24,179 bases of DNA from Candidatus Iainarchaeum sp. (GTDB lineage Archaea; Iainarchaeota; Iainarchaeia; Iainarchaeales; 0-14-0-20-30-16): NCBI GenBank assembly GCA_028710695.1, contig JAQTTP010000011.1, positions 1 through 24,179 on the forward strand, given 5' to 3'. The position numbers and the translations under genes were made by a program. The notes beneath the pieces were generated by a model, which did no database searches, was not told the origin of the DNA, and saw nothing but the letters and a program-made list of their open reading frames with translations. Position 1 is the stretch's first letter; each line of letters begins with the position of its first letter. This document shows positions 8,197 through 17,013 of this stretch, piece by piece.

Positions 8197-11100
8197 TTAA
8201 TATAATCTCTTCACAACTTCTTCTACAACTTCTTCTGGGAACTCTTCTTTATCCAGAACTTGTCTTATTTCTTCTTTTGTGTATTTGGCTTTTACTGGTT
8301 TAAGTTTGTTTACTAGCTCTTCGATTTTGTCTTTGTATTTAGAATAAACATCGCCTTCAAAATTGGTTTTTATTAATGCTTTCTTTTTGTCATCTAAACT
8401 TAATTCGTTGTGGCTCTCTTCCTTTATCTGTTTATCCTTAACTTCTACTTTTTCTCTCATTGCGGAAATCTTAGACTCCAAAACCCTGATCTTTTGCTCT
8501 AACTCAGTTTTCTGTTTCTGGAATTCTTCTTGAGTTATTTTCTGTTGGAACATATCTCTTGTTAATTGTGATAAAGTTTTCTTCGCAGTTTCCAGTTCAG
8601 TTTCATATTCTTCTATGCTCTTTCCTTTTTGGGCTTTGTGCAAAATCTTTCTTACTCTCCAATAAATTATTCCAGCAATTATTGCTCCAATTATTACTAA
8701 TAAAATAATCAGCCAAATAGTTGCAGAGAACAAGGGGCTCACAAACCCAAGATCTTTTTCTACATTTACGGTATTTCCCAGATCATCTTCTCCAGAAAAA
8801 TTAATTGAGGCATTTCCAAATAATGGAATTCCATAATCTGCCTCATAAATTCCATCCGTATTTTTTTCGAATAAAACATTCTCATCATCTACTGCTAAAG
8901 AAATTGTATTTGCATCATAGCTCAGCCCATTTTCATAATTTATCCTCACTTTCAAATTTGTTTGGAGATAACTTCCATCCTCTCCAGGATTAACCATTTC
9001 AATATTCAATTTATTGCTTAGCTTGAACTCTTTTGTTTTCTTTGCACTTACTAGAACCCCATTATATTCTGCTTGTGCAACAAAATCAATTGATTTTTTG
9101 TCGCCAGTCTTTTCATTAAGCGCATATAGCCCAATGAACCTGTTTTTATTAGCAGTATCTTGTGTTAACTGTATTTGTTTTCCATCATCCAAATAAACAA
9201 ATAAAGGTTTTATTTCTTTTTCACTTTTTATCTTTACTTCTATTGGAATTTCTTGGCCATAATTTATTGTAGTTATTTTTTCATTTGGTTCTACAATTTC
9301 CAAATCAATTATTCCAGTTACATTTTTTACTTCATATTCTTTTGATTTGTATGTTTTAGAAACATAATTTGTGTATTTGTCTGTAACATCAAATTTGAAA
9401 TATAATATTCCTGTTTCAACATCTTTGTCGCTTATGGAATAATCCAAGTAGGCAATAAAACAAGTCTGCTCTTTTTCTAGAGAATATTCTTTCTTTTCAT
9501 ACCCTTGTAGAATAATTTTTCCGCCATTTATATCTGAAGAATAATTCTCGCTATCTTTATCTTTAAAACATACATTTACAGAGTTTATTTTTGAGCCCAA
9601 CGAAAAAGTTTCTTTTCCGGGTTCTCCGGCAAAAGAAGTATCCAATTCCAATATCGGAACAAGCTCTTGTGGCACAATATATATTTCCACACTTTTCTTA
9701 GATTTTAGGTTCAAGCCACCAGTAGACACGCTTGCAGATACTTCTACAAAGTTCTTTGCATCATTGTAAATATTTCCAATAAAGGTTCCCTCATAATTTC
9801 CACTTGATGTCTCTGGCAGAGAAAACACAACACCATCTTTTAGTTGTGCAGTAACTGTTGCGCTAGTAATTGCTTTTCCAGCATTGTCCAATAATTGCAC
9901 ACGGATTTTATATTCATCGTTCCTTAAAATGTCCGCATTCACAAGGGGCTCTTTAATTATAATATTCAGATTCGCACTTACAATATCAATACTCTTTGTT
10001 TTTTCTATCCAACTTCCTTTGTCATCTTTTACTTTCAACTTGATTTCATAGTCTCCTTCTTTCTGGTATGTGTGTTTCAAGCTTTTTGTTGTCCCTTTTG
10101 TTGTACTATCACCGAAATCCCATTCATAGGAAACAGTTCCAGCACCAGAATAAGTATAATCTGCTGTAAGAGTAACCTCTTCCCCTACTTGCGCTTTATC
10201 TGGACCAGATATTGTTAGTGTAGAGAAATACCCTTGCACAGTACCTTTGTCAGCAAAGGCCTCATCTCCTGCTTGATTATTGTTCGGAGTTATAGAGCAC
10301 TGAACTTCTGTTCCTTGCGGGCATAAAGCAGGAGTACACTTAAACTTGGATGCAATTTCCCCAGTTTTCACAACCCCATTCAAGTACCATTTATACCCCA
10401 AGCTTATTCCAGAAGATGGATCATCAGCATCACTCTTTCCAGAGTTCTGACAAGAAATTTCAGAATCAGGATATGGTGTAGTAGGACTAACTGCAACACC
10501 AGTAACTGTTGGCTTTGAGTCAATTATAGAAAAATCAAGTTCTTTAGTTGAACTTAAAATAGTATCATTACATACAATAGTCACTTTCTTTGAGCCTGTA
10601 CCCAAATCTAAAGCATTAAATGGGCCAAGTTCCATTTCTTTTTGTTCCCAGGTTGCACCACTATTATTTGTTGCGGATTTAGTTCCAATTGTTGCAGTGC
10701 AAGTAAGTGCACTTCCACCTGTATCATCTGTATTGTCTTTCACATTCAAAAGAACATTAAAAGAATGATTCTTCCCTACCTGTGTTACTCCTTCAGACCC
10801 GCTATTTATATCATAAATCACTGGAGTTTCCATTACTGGATTTCCAGAAAGAACTGATATTGTTTCAGACCCAGACCAATTAACTACTGGATCTGGGTTA
10901 CATACCCCCATTTTCATTTCACAAACAGCCCAATTAAAAACATCTTGTTCTCGGGCGGTATTACTTTGTTTAAGGTGGAAAGTTAGGGTGAAATCTCCTG
11001 AAATCGCCACTTGCTTAATTCCAAAACTATTGAAATATTTATTATTAGGATCATAACAAGCTTTATTATCACAATTAGAAATATTCTCAGAAACACCAAC

Positions 11101-11346
11101 TTTATCTAAATCAGTAGGTAAAGAAAAATAATTTTGATTATCGGAAATTGTTAGCCGATATTTAACTGGATCTGCAATAAATCCATCAAAACTAAACTTC
11201 ACAGTTACATCTTGAGAGTCTGTAAAGATTTGGTTTCCGTTGGATGGATTTAGAACTTCTGAGGAAATTAGGGAAACTGAGAAAGAAATGCCTATTAAGA
11301 ACCAAAAAAAGAATAAGAAAAATGACTTTATAATCAAATTTGTCAT
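8197..11346 (-). CDS. Large type I membrane surface protein (1049 aa) with PKD/Ig-like domains and a charged coiled-coil cytoplasmic tail
   Basis: N-terminal signal/anchor (FFLFFFWFLIGISFSVSLI). PKD signature YEWDFGDSTTKGTTKSLKHTYQKEGDYEIKLKVKDDKGS. Long beta-rich ectodomain. C-terminal TM (IWLIILLVIIGAIIAGIIYW RVRK), then a K/E-rich heptad-like tail of about 150 aa. A TATA-like TTTAAATA is centred about 26 nt upstream of the ATG. Confidence 0.8.
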   Translation of the reverse strand: MTNLIIKSFFLFFFWFLIGISFSVSLISSEVLNPSNGNQIFTDSQDVTVKFSFDGFIADPVKYRLTISDNQNYFSLPTDLDKVGVSENISNCDNKACYDPNNKYFNSFGIKQVAISGDFTLTFHLKQSNTAREQDVFNWAVCEMKMGVCNPDPVVNWSGSETISVLSGNPVMETPVIYDINSGSEGVTQVGKNHSFNVLLNVKDNTDDTGGSALTCTATIGTKSATNNSGATWEQKEMELGPFNALDLGTGSKKVTIVCNDTILSSTKELDFSIIDSKPTVTGVAVSPTTPYPDSEISCQNSGKSDADDPSSGISLGYKWYLNGVVKTGEIASKFKCTPALCPQGTEVQCSITPNNNQAGDEAFADKGTVQGYFSTLTISGPDKAQVGEEVTLTADYTYSGAGTVSYEWDFGDSTTKGTTKSLKHTYQKEGDYEIKLKVKDDKGSWIEKTKSIDIVSANLNIIIKEPLVNADILRNDEYKIRVQLLDNAGKAITSATVTAQLKDGVVFSLPETSSGNYEGTFIGNIYNDAKNFVEVSASVSTGGLNLKSKKSVEIYIVPQELVPILELDTSFAGEPGKETFSLGSKINSVNVCFKDKDSENYSSDINGGKIILQGYEKKEYSLEKEQTCFIAYLDYSISDKDVETGILYFKFDVTDKYTNYVSKTYKSKEYEVKNVTGIIDLEIVEPNEKITTINYGQEIPIEVKIKSEKEIKPLFVYLDDGKQIQLTQDTANKNRFIGLYALNEKTGDKKSIDFVAQAEYNGVLVSAKKTKEFKLSNKLNIEMVNPGEDGSYLQTNLKVRINYENGLSYDANTISLAVDDENVLFEKNTDGIYEADYGIPLFGNASINFSGEDDLGNTVNVEKDLGFVSPLFSATIWLIILLVIIGAIIAGIIYWRVRKILHKAQKGKSIEEYETELETAKKTLSQLTRDMFQQKITQEEFQKQKTELEQKIRVLESKISAMREKVEVKDKQIKEESHNELSLDDKKKALIKTNFEGDVYSKYKDKIEELVNKLKPVKAKYTKEEIRQVLDKEEFPEEVVEEVVKRLY

Positions 11347-11398
11347 ATATGAATAACTTATGTTATATATTTAAAGGTTACTTTACTAAAGATTATTT

Positions 11399-12220
11399 GT
11401 GGAGTTTAAAGTAATAATTAATGAGAACGCAACTAAATTAGATGCAATTTGGAGCGGTCTAGGGCCATACTCACAAAGATTCGTAGCAAGATCTTCTATT
11501 TTATTTCAATTTGATAAGAACATGTCAAAACTATTACTTACAAGAGATCTAATAATGGGCTCTTGGCCTGAGTTTATGTCCCATTATTTATTCAATAAAA
11601 AAACAACTGACACAAATACAAAACTTGCAAAGAAACTATTAGATAAAACAAAAGTTCCAGATTGGAACCTAAAAAGAAAAATACTGAATTCAAAAAAGCA
11701 AGAGTTAGAAATAATTATTTTAAAAAACTTAGAAAAAATTAATTTTTTCTTCAAAAATATTATTGGGCATGAAATAGATAATGTATCTATTTTTTTGGCA
11801 TATTCTGCAGATGGAGAATTTGGCTTTGGGGGTTGTTGTTTGCCAACAAAGGAACCAGCAATAATGCTACGATTGTGCAAGTCCTCAAAAATAACTAACA
11901 TTTCTATAATTGTTCATGAATTAATGCATCTCGCAATAAGAAATTGTAACGAAAGAAATAAACTTAAAACGATTGGGCACGAAGCAGAGGAAGCACTATT
12001 TGATTTGCTTTGTGCAATGTTCCAAAATGAAAACAAGATAGATTATAAAAAAACCATAAAACAAGACATTGCTGATAGAGATGGATACCACAAAAAATAC
12101 ATTTATGAAATCTATAAAATGATAAAACCAATTTTAAACGGTAAAGAAGACCTTGTTTGGAAATATATTGATTGGGAAAAGTTAAAAGCCATTAAAAAAG
12201 GTGAGAAAAATCATAACTAA
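11399..12220 (+). CDS. Hypothetical protein with an HExxH zinc-metallopeptidase motif
   Basis: IIVHELMHLAI, followed by GHEAEEALFD as a possible third ligand region. GTG start as listed, so the start is uncertain. Confidence 0.5.
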   Translation: MEFKVIINENATKLDAIWSGLGPYSQRFVARSSILFQFDKNMSKLLLTRDLIMGSWPEFMSHYLFNKKTTDTNTKLAKKLLDKTKVPDWNLKRKILNSKKQELEIIILKNLEKINFFFKNIIGHEIDNVSIFLAYSADGEFGFGGCCLPTKEPAIMLRLCKSSKITNISIIVHELMHLAIRNCNERNKLKTIGHEAEEALFDLLCAMFQNENKIDYKKTIKQDIADRDGYHKKYIYEIYKMIKPILNGKEDLVWKYIDWEKLKAIKKGEKNHN

Positions 12221-12806
12221 TTTTGACACTCTAATTAAATTACCAATACCCTGCAAAAAAATACTTTCAAAAGAAATAACAGAAAAAAACATTAAAAATT
12301 TAAAAAAACTTTTTGAATTAACCAAAGCTAACGGAAAATTAGGACTAAAATATAGTATGAAATCTTATGATACCTATTCTAACTGCAAATTACCAACAGT
12401 GGTTTGGAAAACAAAATCAGGACATTGCTTTGAACTGTCACTATTTTTACTGGCTTGTTTAAAATATTTGGGCTTTAATGCCTATTATTATGAAATGCCA
12501 AACTTCAAAAAGTGGGATCATGCGTGTGTTTTAATAAAAGTGAACGGTAAATCAATATCTGTGGATCTTGGAAGAAAAATATTTAATGCAAAATACAAAG
12601 GATATAATAGACTAACTAAAAAACAAACTCTCGGGAACTATTTTATAAATTGTGCACATATGCTTTATCCTTGGAAATGTAAATCTAAAAAATTAAGTAA
12701 AAAAGACAACATAACACAAAGACAAAAAGCAATTAAGTTTGCAAAACTAGGTCTAAAATATTATCCAAATTCGAAAAGAGGAAAAATTATACTTACGGGA
12801 GATTAA
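12201..12806 (+). CDS. Transglutaminase-like cysteine-protease-fold protein
   Basis: Candidate Cys-His-Asp core: SGHCFELSLFLLACLKYLGFNAYYY, then WDHACVLIKVNGKSISVD. GTG start overlapping the preceding gene by 20 nt. Confidence 0.55.
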   Translation: MRKIITNFDTLIKLPIPCKKILSKEITEKNIKNLKKLFELTKANGKLGLKYSMKSYDTYSNCKLPTVVWKTKSGHCFELSLFLLACLKYLGFNAYYYEMPNFKKWDHACVLIKVNGKSISVDLGRKIFNAKYKGYNRLTKKQTLGNYFINCAHMLYPWKCKSKKLSKKDNITQRQKAIKFAKLGLKYYPNSKRGKIILTGD

Positions 12807-12820
12807 AAGTAAAGGAAGAG

Positions 12821-13576
12821 TTACTTAACAACATCTAATTCTTTTTCGTGTTTTTTTGCGAATTTGTAAGCCCATTTTAAGTAATCGTCAAAAGTTTTGC
12901 CTTTTTTGTAAATATCTTCTGCATATTTATCTTCAAAATAATGTTGTATTGTTCTTTTTCCTATTCTATTCTTATAAAAACAATCATAACTATAATGTGG
13001 TCCGGGGAGAATTTTATTAAATTTTTTGTCATTTAAAATCACAGAAACCAAAATTTCAGAGAGAATCCATTCAATATGTGGCCCGCCATATTTTTGTTTT
13101 GAAACATCAGGGAATAGTTCTCCAAACTTTTTGAAATATAGCAGATGAGTTATCTCGTGTGCAGCAATTCCAAAAACTCTTTGTGTGGGCCAATCGTATG
13201 GAATATAAAAATTCATTTTCTCTATGTTTCGTGGAAATACTTTGCATAAAGAAAGATACGCTTCAATTTTTTCTGGGTTCTTAAACCAAGGGGTGCCAAT
13301 CACATCAGACAAATTAGTCATAAACTCTTTTTGTATTTTGTTCCATTCTTTTTGATAATGACCAACATTAACTTTTGTTTTTCTTCGTTTAGTCTTCCAC
13401 TCACCTTTTAACCAGCCAGTTATATCTAACTTTGGTTCTTTAAGAATAGAGTAACTATCTAAAAAACGAAACTTAAAAGACTGATTACTGTGTTGCAAAA
13501 AATGATTAAAAGCCCAGATTTCTTTCTTTATTGGAACTATTTTGAATTCAACTTTTGGATAAGACATAAAGATCAC
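12821..13576 (-). CDS. HExxH motif protein (putative zinc metallopeptidase), last gene of the candidate RiPP operon
   Basis: GIAAHEITHLLYF. GTG start forms a GTGA overlap with the kinase stop; an alternative ATG lies at 13567. Only 14 nt separate its stop from the convergent gene ending at 12806. Confidence 0.5.
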   Translation of the reverse strand: MIFMSYPKVEFKIVPIKKEIWAFNHFLQHSNQSFKFRFLDSYSILKEPKLDITGWLKGEWKTKRRKTKVNVGHYQKEWNKIQKEFMTNLSDVIGTPWFKNPEKIEAYLSLCKVFPRNIEKMNFYIPYDWPTQRVFGIAAHEITHLLYFKKFGELFPDVSKQKYGGPHIEWILSEILVSVILNDKKFNKILPGPHYSYDCFYKNRIGKRTIQHYFEDKYAEDIYKKGKTFDDYLKWAYKFAKKHEKELDVVK

Positions 13577-14493
13577 TTTTTATGCCCTAATATTTTTATT
13601 TCTCCAGGATTTAAATTAGGGGTCATTTTGTCACCAGTTTTTAAAAATTTTGTTCTGTTTTTACTGCTCAATTTAAAAATTAAAAAGATTATTCTATTTT
13701 CATATTGTTTTTCCCGTATTTTACTATTTGATTTTATGCAACGTGTGTACATTTCCATAAGAAAATATATTGAATAAAATAAGTATAAATCATTAGTTGA
13801 AATTAATTTATTTAGTTCTTTTTTTCCATAGGCCTCAAAGAAAGCATCAGTAATTATTGACATTTCAAAGTTGCCGTGGCTTCGCACAAACATTTTAGAC
13901 AATATATTAGTTAATTCAAAATATTTATCCCCGACAATAAATTTATCCCAGTCTATGATTTTTAGTTTTTCTCGGTGTAGAATTATATTTTTGGGGGAGA
14001 AATCGCCATGTAATAGCCTTTTTTGAGGGCTGTAATTTATAAACCTTTCTCGCCATATTTTTTTTAATATTTTTATATACTTTTTGTTTTCGGGGATACA
14101 AATTTCGTCAAGCTTATAGTTTAGTAAATCAGACCAGGATTTAAATTTGTTGCCTTTATATAAATAACGTTTATGGGTAATGTTATGTATTTTTCTGTAC
14201 ACCACACCCATTTTTTTAAACACTCTGATCTCATCTTTTAAACTTAGTAAATTCAAATTTAGTTGGTTTCCTTCAATAAAAGGGTATGTTATGGCATTAG
14301 TTGAAATTATTATATTGGGCGTAAAAAATGGTTTAAATAATGGAAAAAAAGCATAAATCTTTTTAATATTTAAGGGGGGGCCAAATGTTTCTCTATATAC
14401 ATAGTTCTTATTTTTAAATTTAAAGAGATATACATTATTGGCAAAGCCGTTTGCAATATATTCTTTATCTATAACATTTATTTTTGTTTGCAA
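13573..14493 (-). CDS. Aminoglycoside-phosphotransferase (APH) / choline-kinase-fold kinase
   Basis: Catalytic loop LLHGDFSPKNIIL (H-G-D-x4-N) and metal-binding IIDWDKFIVGD. N-terminal GFANNVYLFKF nucleotide-loop-like segment. TTG start with GGAGG 6 nt upstream. Confidence 0.75.
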   Translation of the reverse strand: MQTKINVIDKEYIANGFANNVYLFKFKNKNYVYRETFGPPLNIKKIYAFFPLFKPFFTPNIIISTNAITYPFIEGNQLNLNLLSLKDEIRVFKKMGVVYRKIHNITHKRYLYKGNKFKSWSDLLNYKLDEICIPENKKYIKILKKIWRERFINYSPQKRLLHGDFSPKNIILHREKLKIIDWDKFIVGDKYFELTNILSKMFVRSHGNFEMSIITDAFFEAYGKKELNKLISTNDLYLFYSIYFLMEMYTRCIKSNSKIREKQYENRIIFLIFKLSSKNRTKFLKTGDKMTPNLNPGEIKILGHKK

Positions 14494-15055
14494 TAAATCC
14501 CTCCACCGCTTTAGAAATTTTATTGCTGTCCGCAGGCAGCAACAAAGATAACCTCATCCACAACATTTTTCTCCACTCATATAGTTTGGCAATTTGTGAA
14601 ATGTGATCCGTAGTTTCTATAAACTTACCTGGCAAGTTAAGTCCTTGCAGTTTTTTACATACTGTTTTGCCAGCCAAAAGAAAATTTTTATTTTTGTAAT
14701 CTCTGGGACTTAACCAGCCATAATAAAATCCAAATTCGATGATTTGCAAATCGTTATTTTGATCTATATCTTTTGCTTTTTTTATTGCACTTAAATGCAC
14801 ACTCAGTATTTTCCTAGAAATTACTTCATCTTCAAAATTGGGCACCATTTTTATTTCTTTTTTCAGATATTGTAATGCAAAAATGCTTTCTAACATATAG
14901 TTTAAATATATTTGTAATTTCTTATTTTCGGCATACTCTTTTGTATTTAAATATTCTTCGTAGCCAAATGCATTTTCGATAAGGCCTTTTGCTTTTTTTA
15001 GAGAATATCCTTTTTTTATTTCAATTTCACTAGACAATTGTGAATATATGTCCAT
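14465..15055 (-). CDS. Hypothetical protein (about 196 aa, mostly helical by composition)
   Basis: No recognisable motif. I prefer the ATG at 15055 (MDIYSQLSSE...): GGAGG lies 7 nt upstream and the start is 1 nt after the upstream stop. The listed start is 15109. Confidence 0.5.
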   Translation of the reverse strand: MDIYSQLSSEIEIKKGYSLKKAKGLIENAFGYEEYLNTKEYAENKKLQIYLNYMLESIFALQYLKKEIKMVPNFEDEVISRKILSVHLSAIKKAKDIDQNNDLQIIEFGFYYGWLSPRDYKNKNFLLAGKTVCKKLQGLNLPGKFIETTDHISQIAKLYEWRKMLWMRLSLLLPADSNKISKAVEGFIANKNKCYR

Positions 15056-15056
15056 A

Positions 15057-15476
15057 TTAGGGCCTCCGTAATCGTTCAATAACATGTGGAAATATGTTCG
15101 CAGCGTCAATCTTTTTTTCTCTAGGTAGTCCGTGCAACTTATTTTTTAGGCCTGGTTCGTCATAAAACATTTTTTGAATAATTCTTACTATTCGCAATCC
15201 AAAAATATTATTCCCATATTTTTTGCTTCTACTGAAAAACATTATCTTCCCATTAACTTCCTTGACCCATCCGCCCCATACAAATTGTTCTGTGTCTTTA
15301 GAACCAACAGATTTATGTAATATTTCAGTATGATTATCTCCTTTATTACCCGTCATGACCACTATCGTGTTATTTTTTGGCAAATACAAAAAAATAAATT
15401 TTTGGGGGGCTTCAGTAACAAATAAATTAAGTTTTATTTTATAACCCAGATAATTAAACTCTTTAATAAGATTCAT
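15057..15476 (-). CDS. Hypothetical protein (about 139 aa)
   Basis: No recognisable motif. I prefer the ATG at 15476 (MNLIKEFNY...), which has GAGGT 8 nt upstream, over the listed TTG at 15485. Overlaps the radical SAM gene 3' end. Confidence 0.5.
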   Translation of the reverse strand: MNLIKEFNYLGYKIKLNLFVTEAPQKFIFLYLPKNNTIVVMTGNKGDNHTEILHKSVGSKDTEQFVWGGWVKEVNGKIMFFSRSKKYGNNIFGLRIVRIIQKMFYDEPGLKNKLHGLPREKKIDAANIFPHVIERLRRP

Positions 15477-17013
15477 ATTTTTCAACCTCTGGACAACGTG
15501 GATCTAAAATACCTTTATTTTTTTTATAAAATGTTAAACAACCCAGACCACAGCAGGATTTGTGTTTACAACTTTTGCAATGACTGTTAGTTAAACCTTG
15601 TTTAAAAAACGTTGGTTTTTTTAACAATATTTCTTCTAGGCTATTAGTTTTTATATTTCCAATTGCATATTTTTCAGGCAATAACAAACAACCATTTACT
15701 TCCCCAAAGGCATTAATGCTAATACGCCTGTTAAAAGCACTACAAGAAATGTCAGACCGCATTTCTGTAGTAGGTAAACCAAAACGAAATGCAAACATTA
15801 CAGTGTCAAATAATATTGCAATATCGGTGTGATGCACAGTTAATTCATTGTAAATTTCAATATATTGACTATAGGGAATATGTAAATTTTTTGCATTTAA
15901 GCCAGACCCTATTGGAAGAAAATAGTTCAATTTTATTTTTTTTACTCCGACCTCTACTAAATTATCAACTAATTGCATAATATTTTTTTTATTAATTGCA
16001 TTTACTACAATTACGATAGTAGGATTCAAGCCATTATTTATTATCTTTTTTATATTCTCTAAAACTCTGTTTTTTTTATCTACACCTCTTAAAAACAGAA
16101 AGTCTTTTTCGTCTATTGAATCAAAACTAACCCCAAAATTATTAATTTTTTTTAGAACGCTTATGATTTTTTTATTAATAATTGTTCCATTAGTATTCAA
16201 ATGTATTGCAAATCCTAAAGACTTAGCATAATTGACAATTTTATAAAAATCAGGGTGCAATGTTGGTTCTCCACCAGTAATTGATACAAAACAAAGACCC
16301 TTTTTTTTTGCATCATTAAAAACTGTTTTTATATATTTAAAATCCAGATTATTGCCCTCTTTTTTATTTATATTGGCATAACAGAATTTACAGTTCATAT
16401 TACAATGAGTAGTTATTTGCATATCAAGAATGTCTGGAGAATTAATATCAGATTCATATAAAAAAAATTTCTTTTTAGTTATAGAAAAACAAAAAATGCC
16501 ATCAGTTATAAGATTAATTATAATCTTCTTGGCCGCCAAGCCATATTTTTTATAAAGGTCTTTAATTTTTGTTGTCTGTAAATCTTTAACCAACCGAAAA
16601 CTATTTTTATCTAATTTAATCTTCTTTGTATCTTTATAAATCAAATAATAATCTTTATTTTTCTTAAACAATTTAATAAAGTTTTTTGTTGGAACCAAAT
16701 AATTATCATCAGTAAATATAATCTTACTCTTCTCTATCAACACGTACGCAGAATCTAGAAAATAATCATTAATATTTAATCCAATTATACTGGGGATGTT
16801 AAATTCTCTACTTACAATAGCAACATGGCTTAATATGCCGCCTTCTTTTAAAACTATTCCTTTAATAAATGGGAAATAGTCAAGAATGGAATTAATACTT
16901 CTTTCTAAGTAAATGATTTTTCCGGCATATTTTTGAGGGTTTAATTGCGAGTTATATTTTTTTAAAACCCCAAAAATGGTTCCGCTATAATTTAGTTGCC
17001 CTTCAAAGATCAT
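15463..17013 (-). CDS. Fusion enzyme: PEP-utilizer mobile (phosphohistidine swivel) domain + PqqD/RRE-like segment + radical SAM + SPASM domain
   Basis: aa about 8-100: GKIIYLERS...IKGIVLKEGGILSHVAIVSREFNIPSIIG (PEP-utilizers swivel domain with the conserved SH His). aa about 118-175: DYYLIYKDTKKIKLDKNSFRLVKDLQTTKIKDLYKKYGLAAKKIIINLITDGIF (RRE-like). CNMNCKFC (C-x3-C-x2-C, nt 16381..16404) and ITGGEPTLHP. C-terminal seven-Cys SPASM pattern CSAFNRRISINAFGEVNGC ... CKSCKHKSCCGLGC. Confidence 0.85.
   Translation of the reverse strand: MIFEGQLNYSGTIFGVLKKYNSQLNPQKYAGKIIYLERSINSILDYFPFIKGIVLKEGGILSHVAIVSREFNIPSIIGLNINDYFLDSAYVLIEKSKIIFTDDNYLVPTKNFIKLFKKNKDYYLIYKDTKKIKLDKNSFRLVKDLQTTKIKDLYKKYGLAAKKIIINLITDGIFCFSITKKKFFLYESDINSPDILDMQITTHCNMNCKFCYANINKKEGNNLDFKYIKTVFNDAKKKGLCFVSITGGEPTLHPDFYKIVNYAKSLGFAIHLNTNGTIINKKIISVLKKINNFGVSFDSIDEKDFLFLRGVDKKNRVLENIKKIINNGLNPTIVIVVNAINKKNIMQLVDNLVEVGVKKIKLNYFLPIGSGLNAKNLHIPYSQYIEIYNELTVHHTDIAILFDTVMFAFRFGLPTTEMRSDISCSAFNRRISINAFGEVNGCLLLPEKYAIGNIKTNSLEEILLKKPTFFKQGLTNSHCKSCKHKSCCGLGCLTFYKKNKGILDPRCPEVEKYESY

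Noticed and set aside
8805-10857. Plus-strand ORFs 8805..8993, 9014..9196 and 10642..10857
   Set aside because: All are embedded antisense in the 1049-aa surface protein gene, with no RBS or promoter features.
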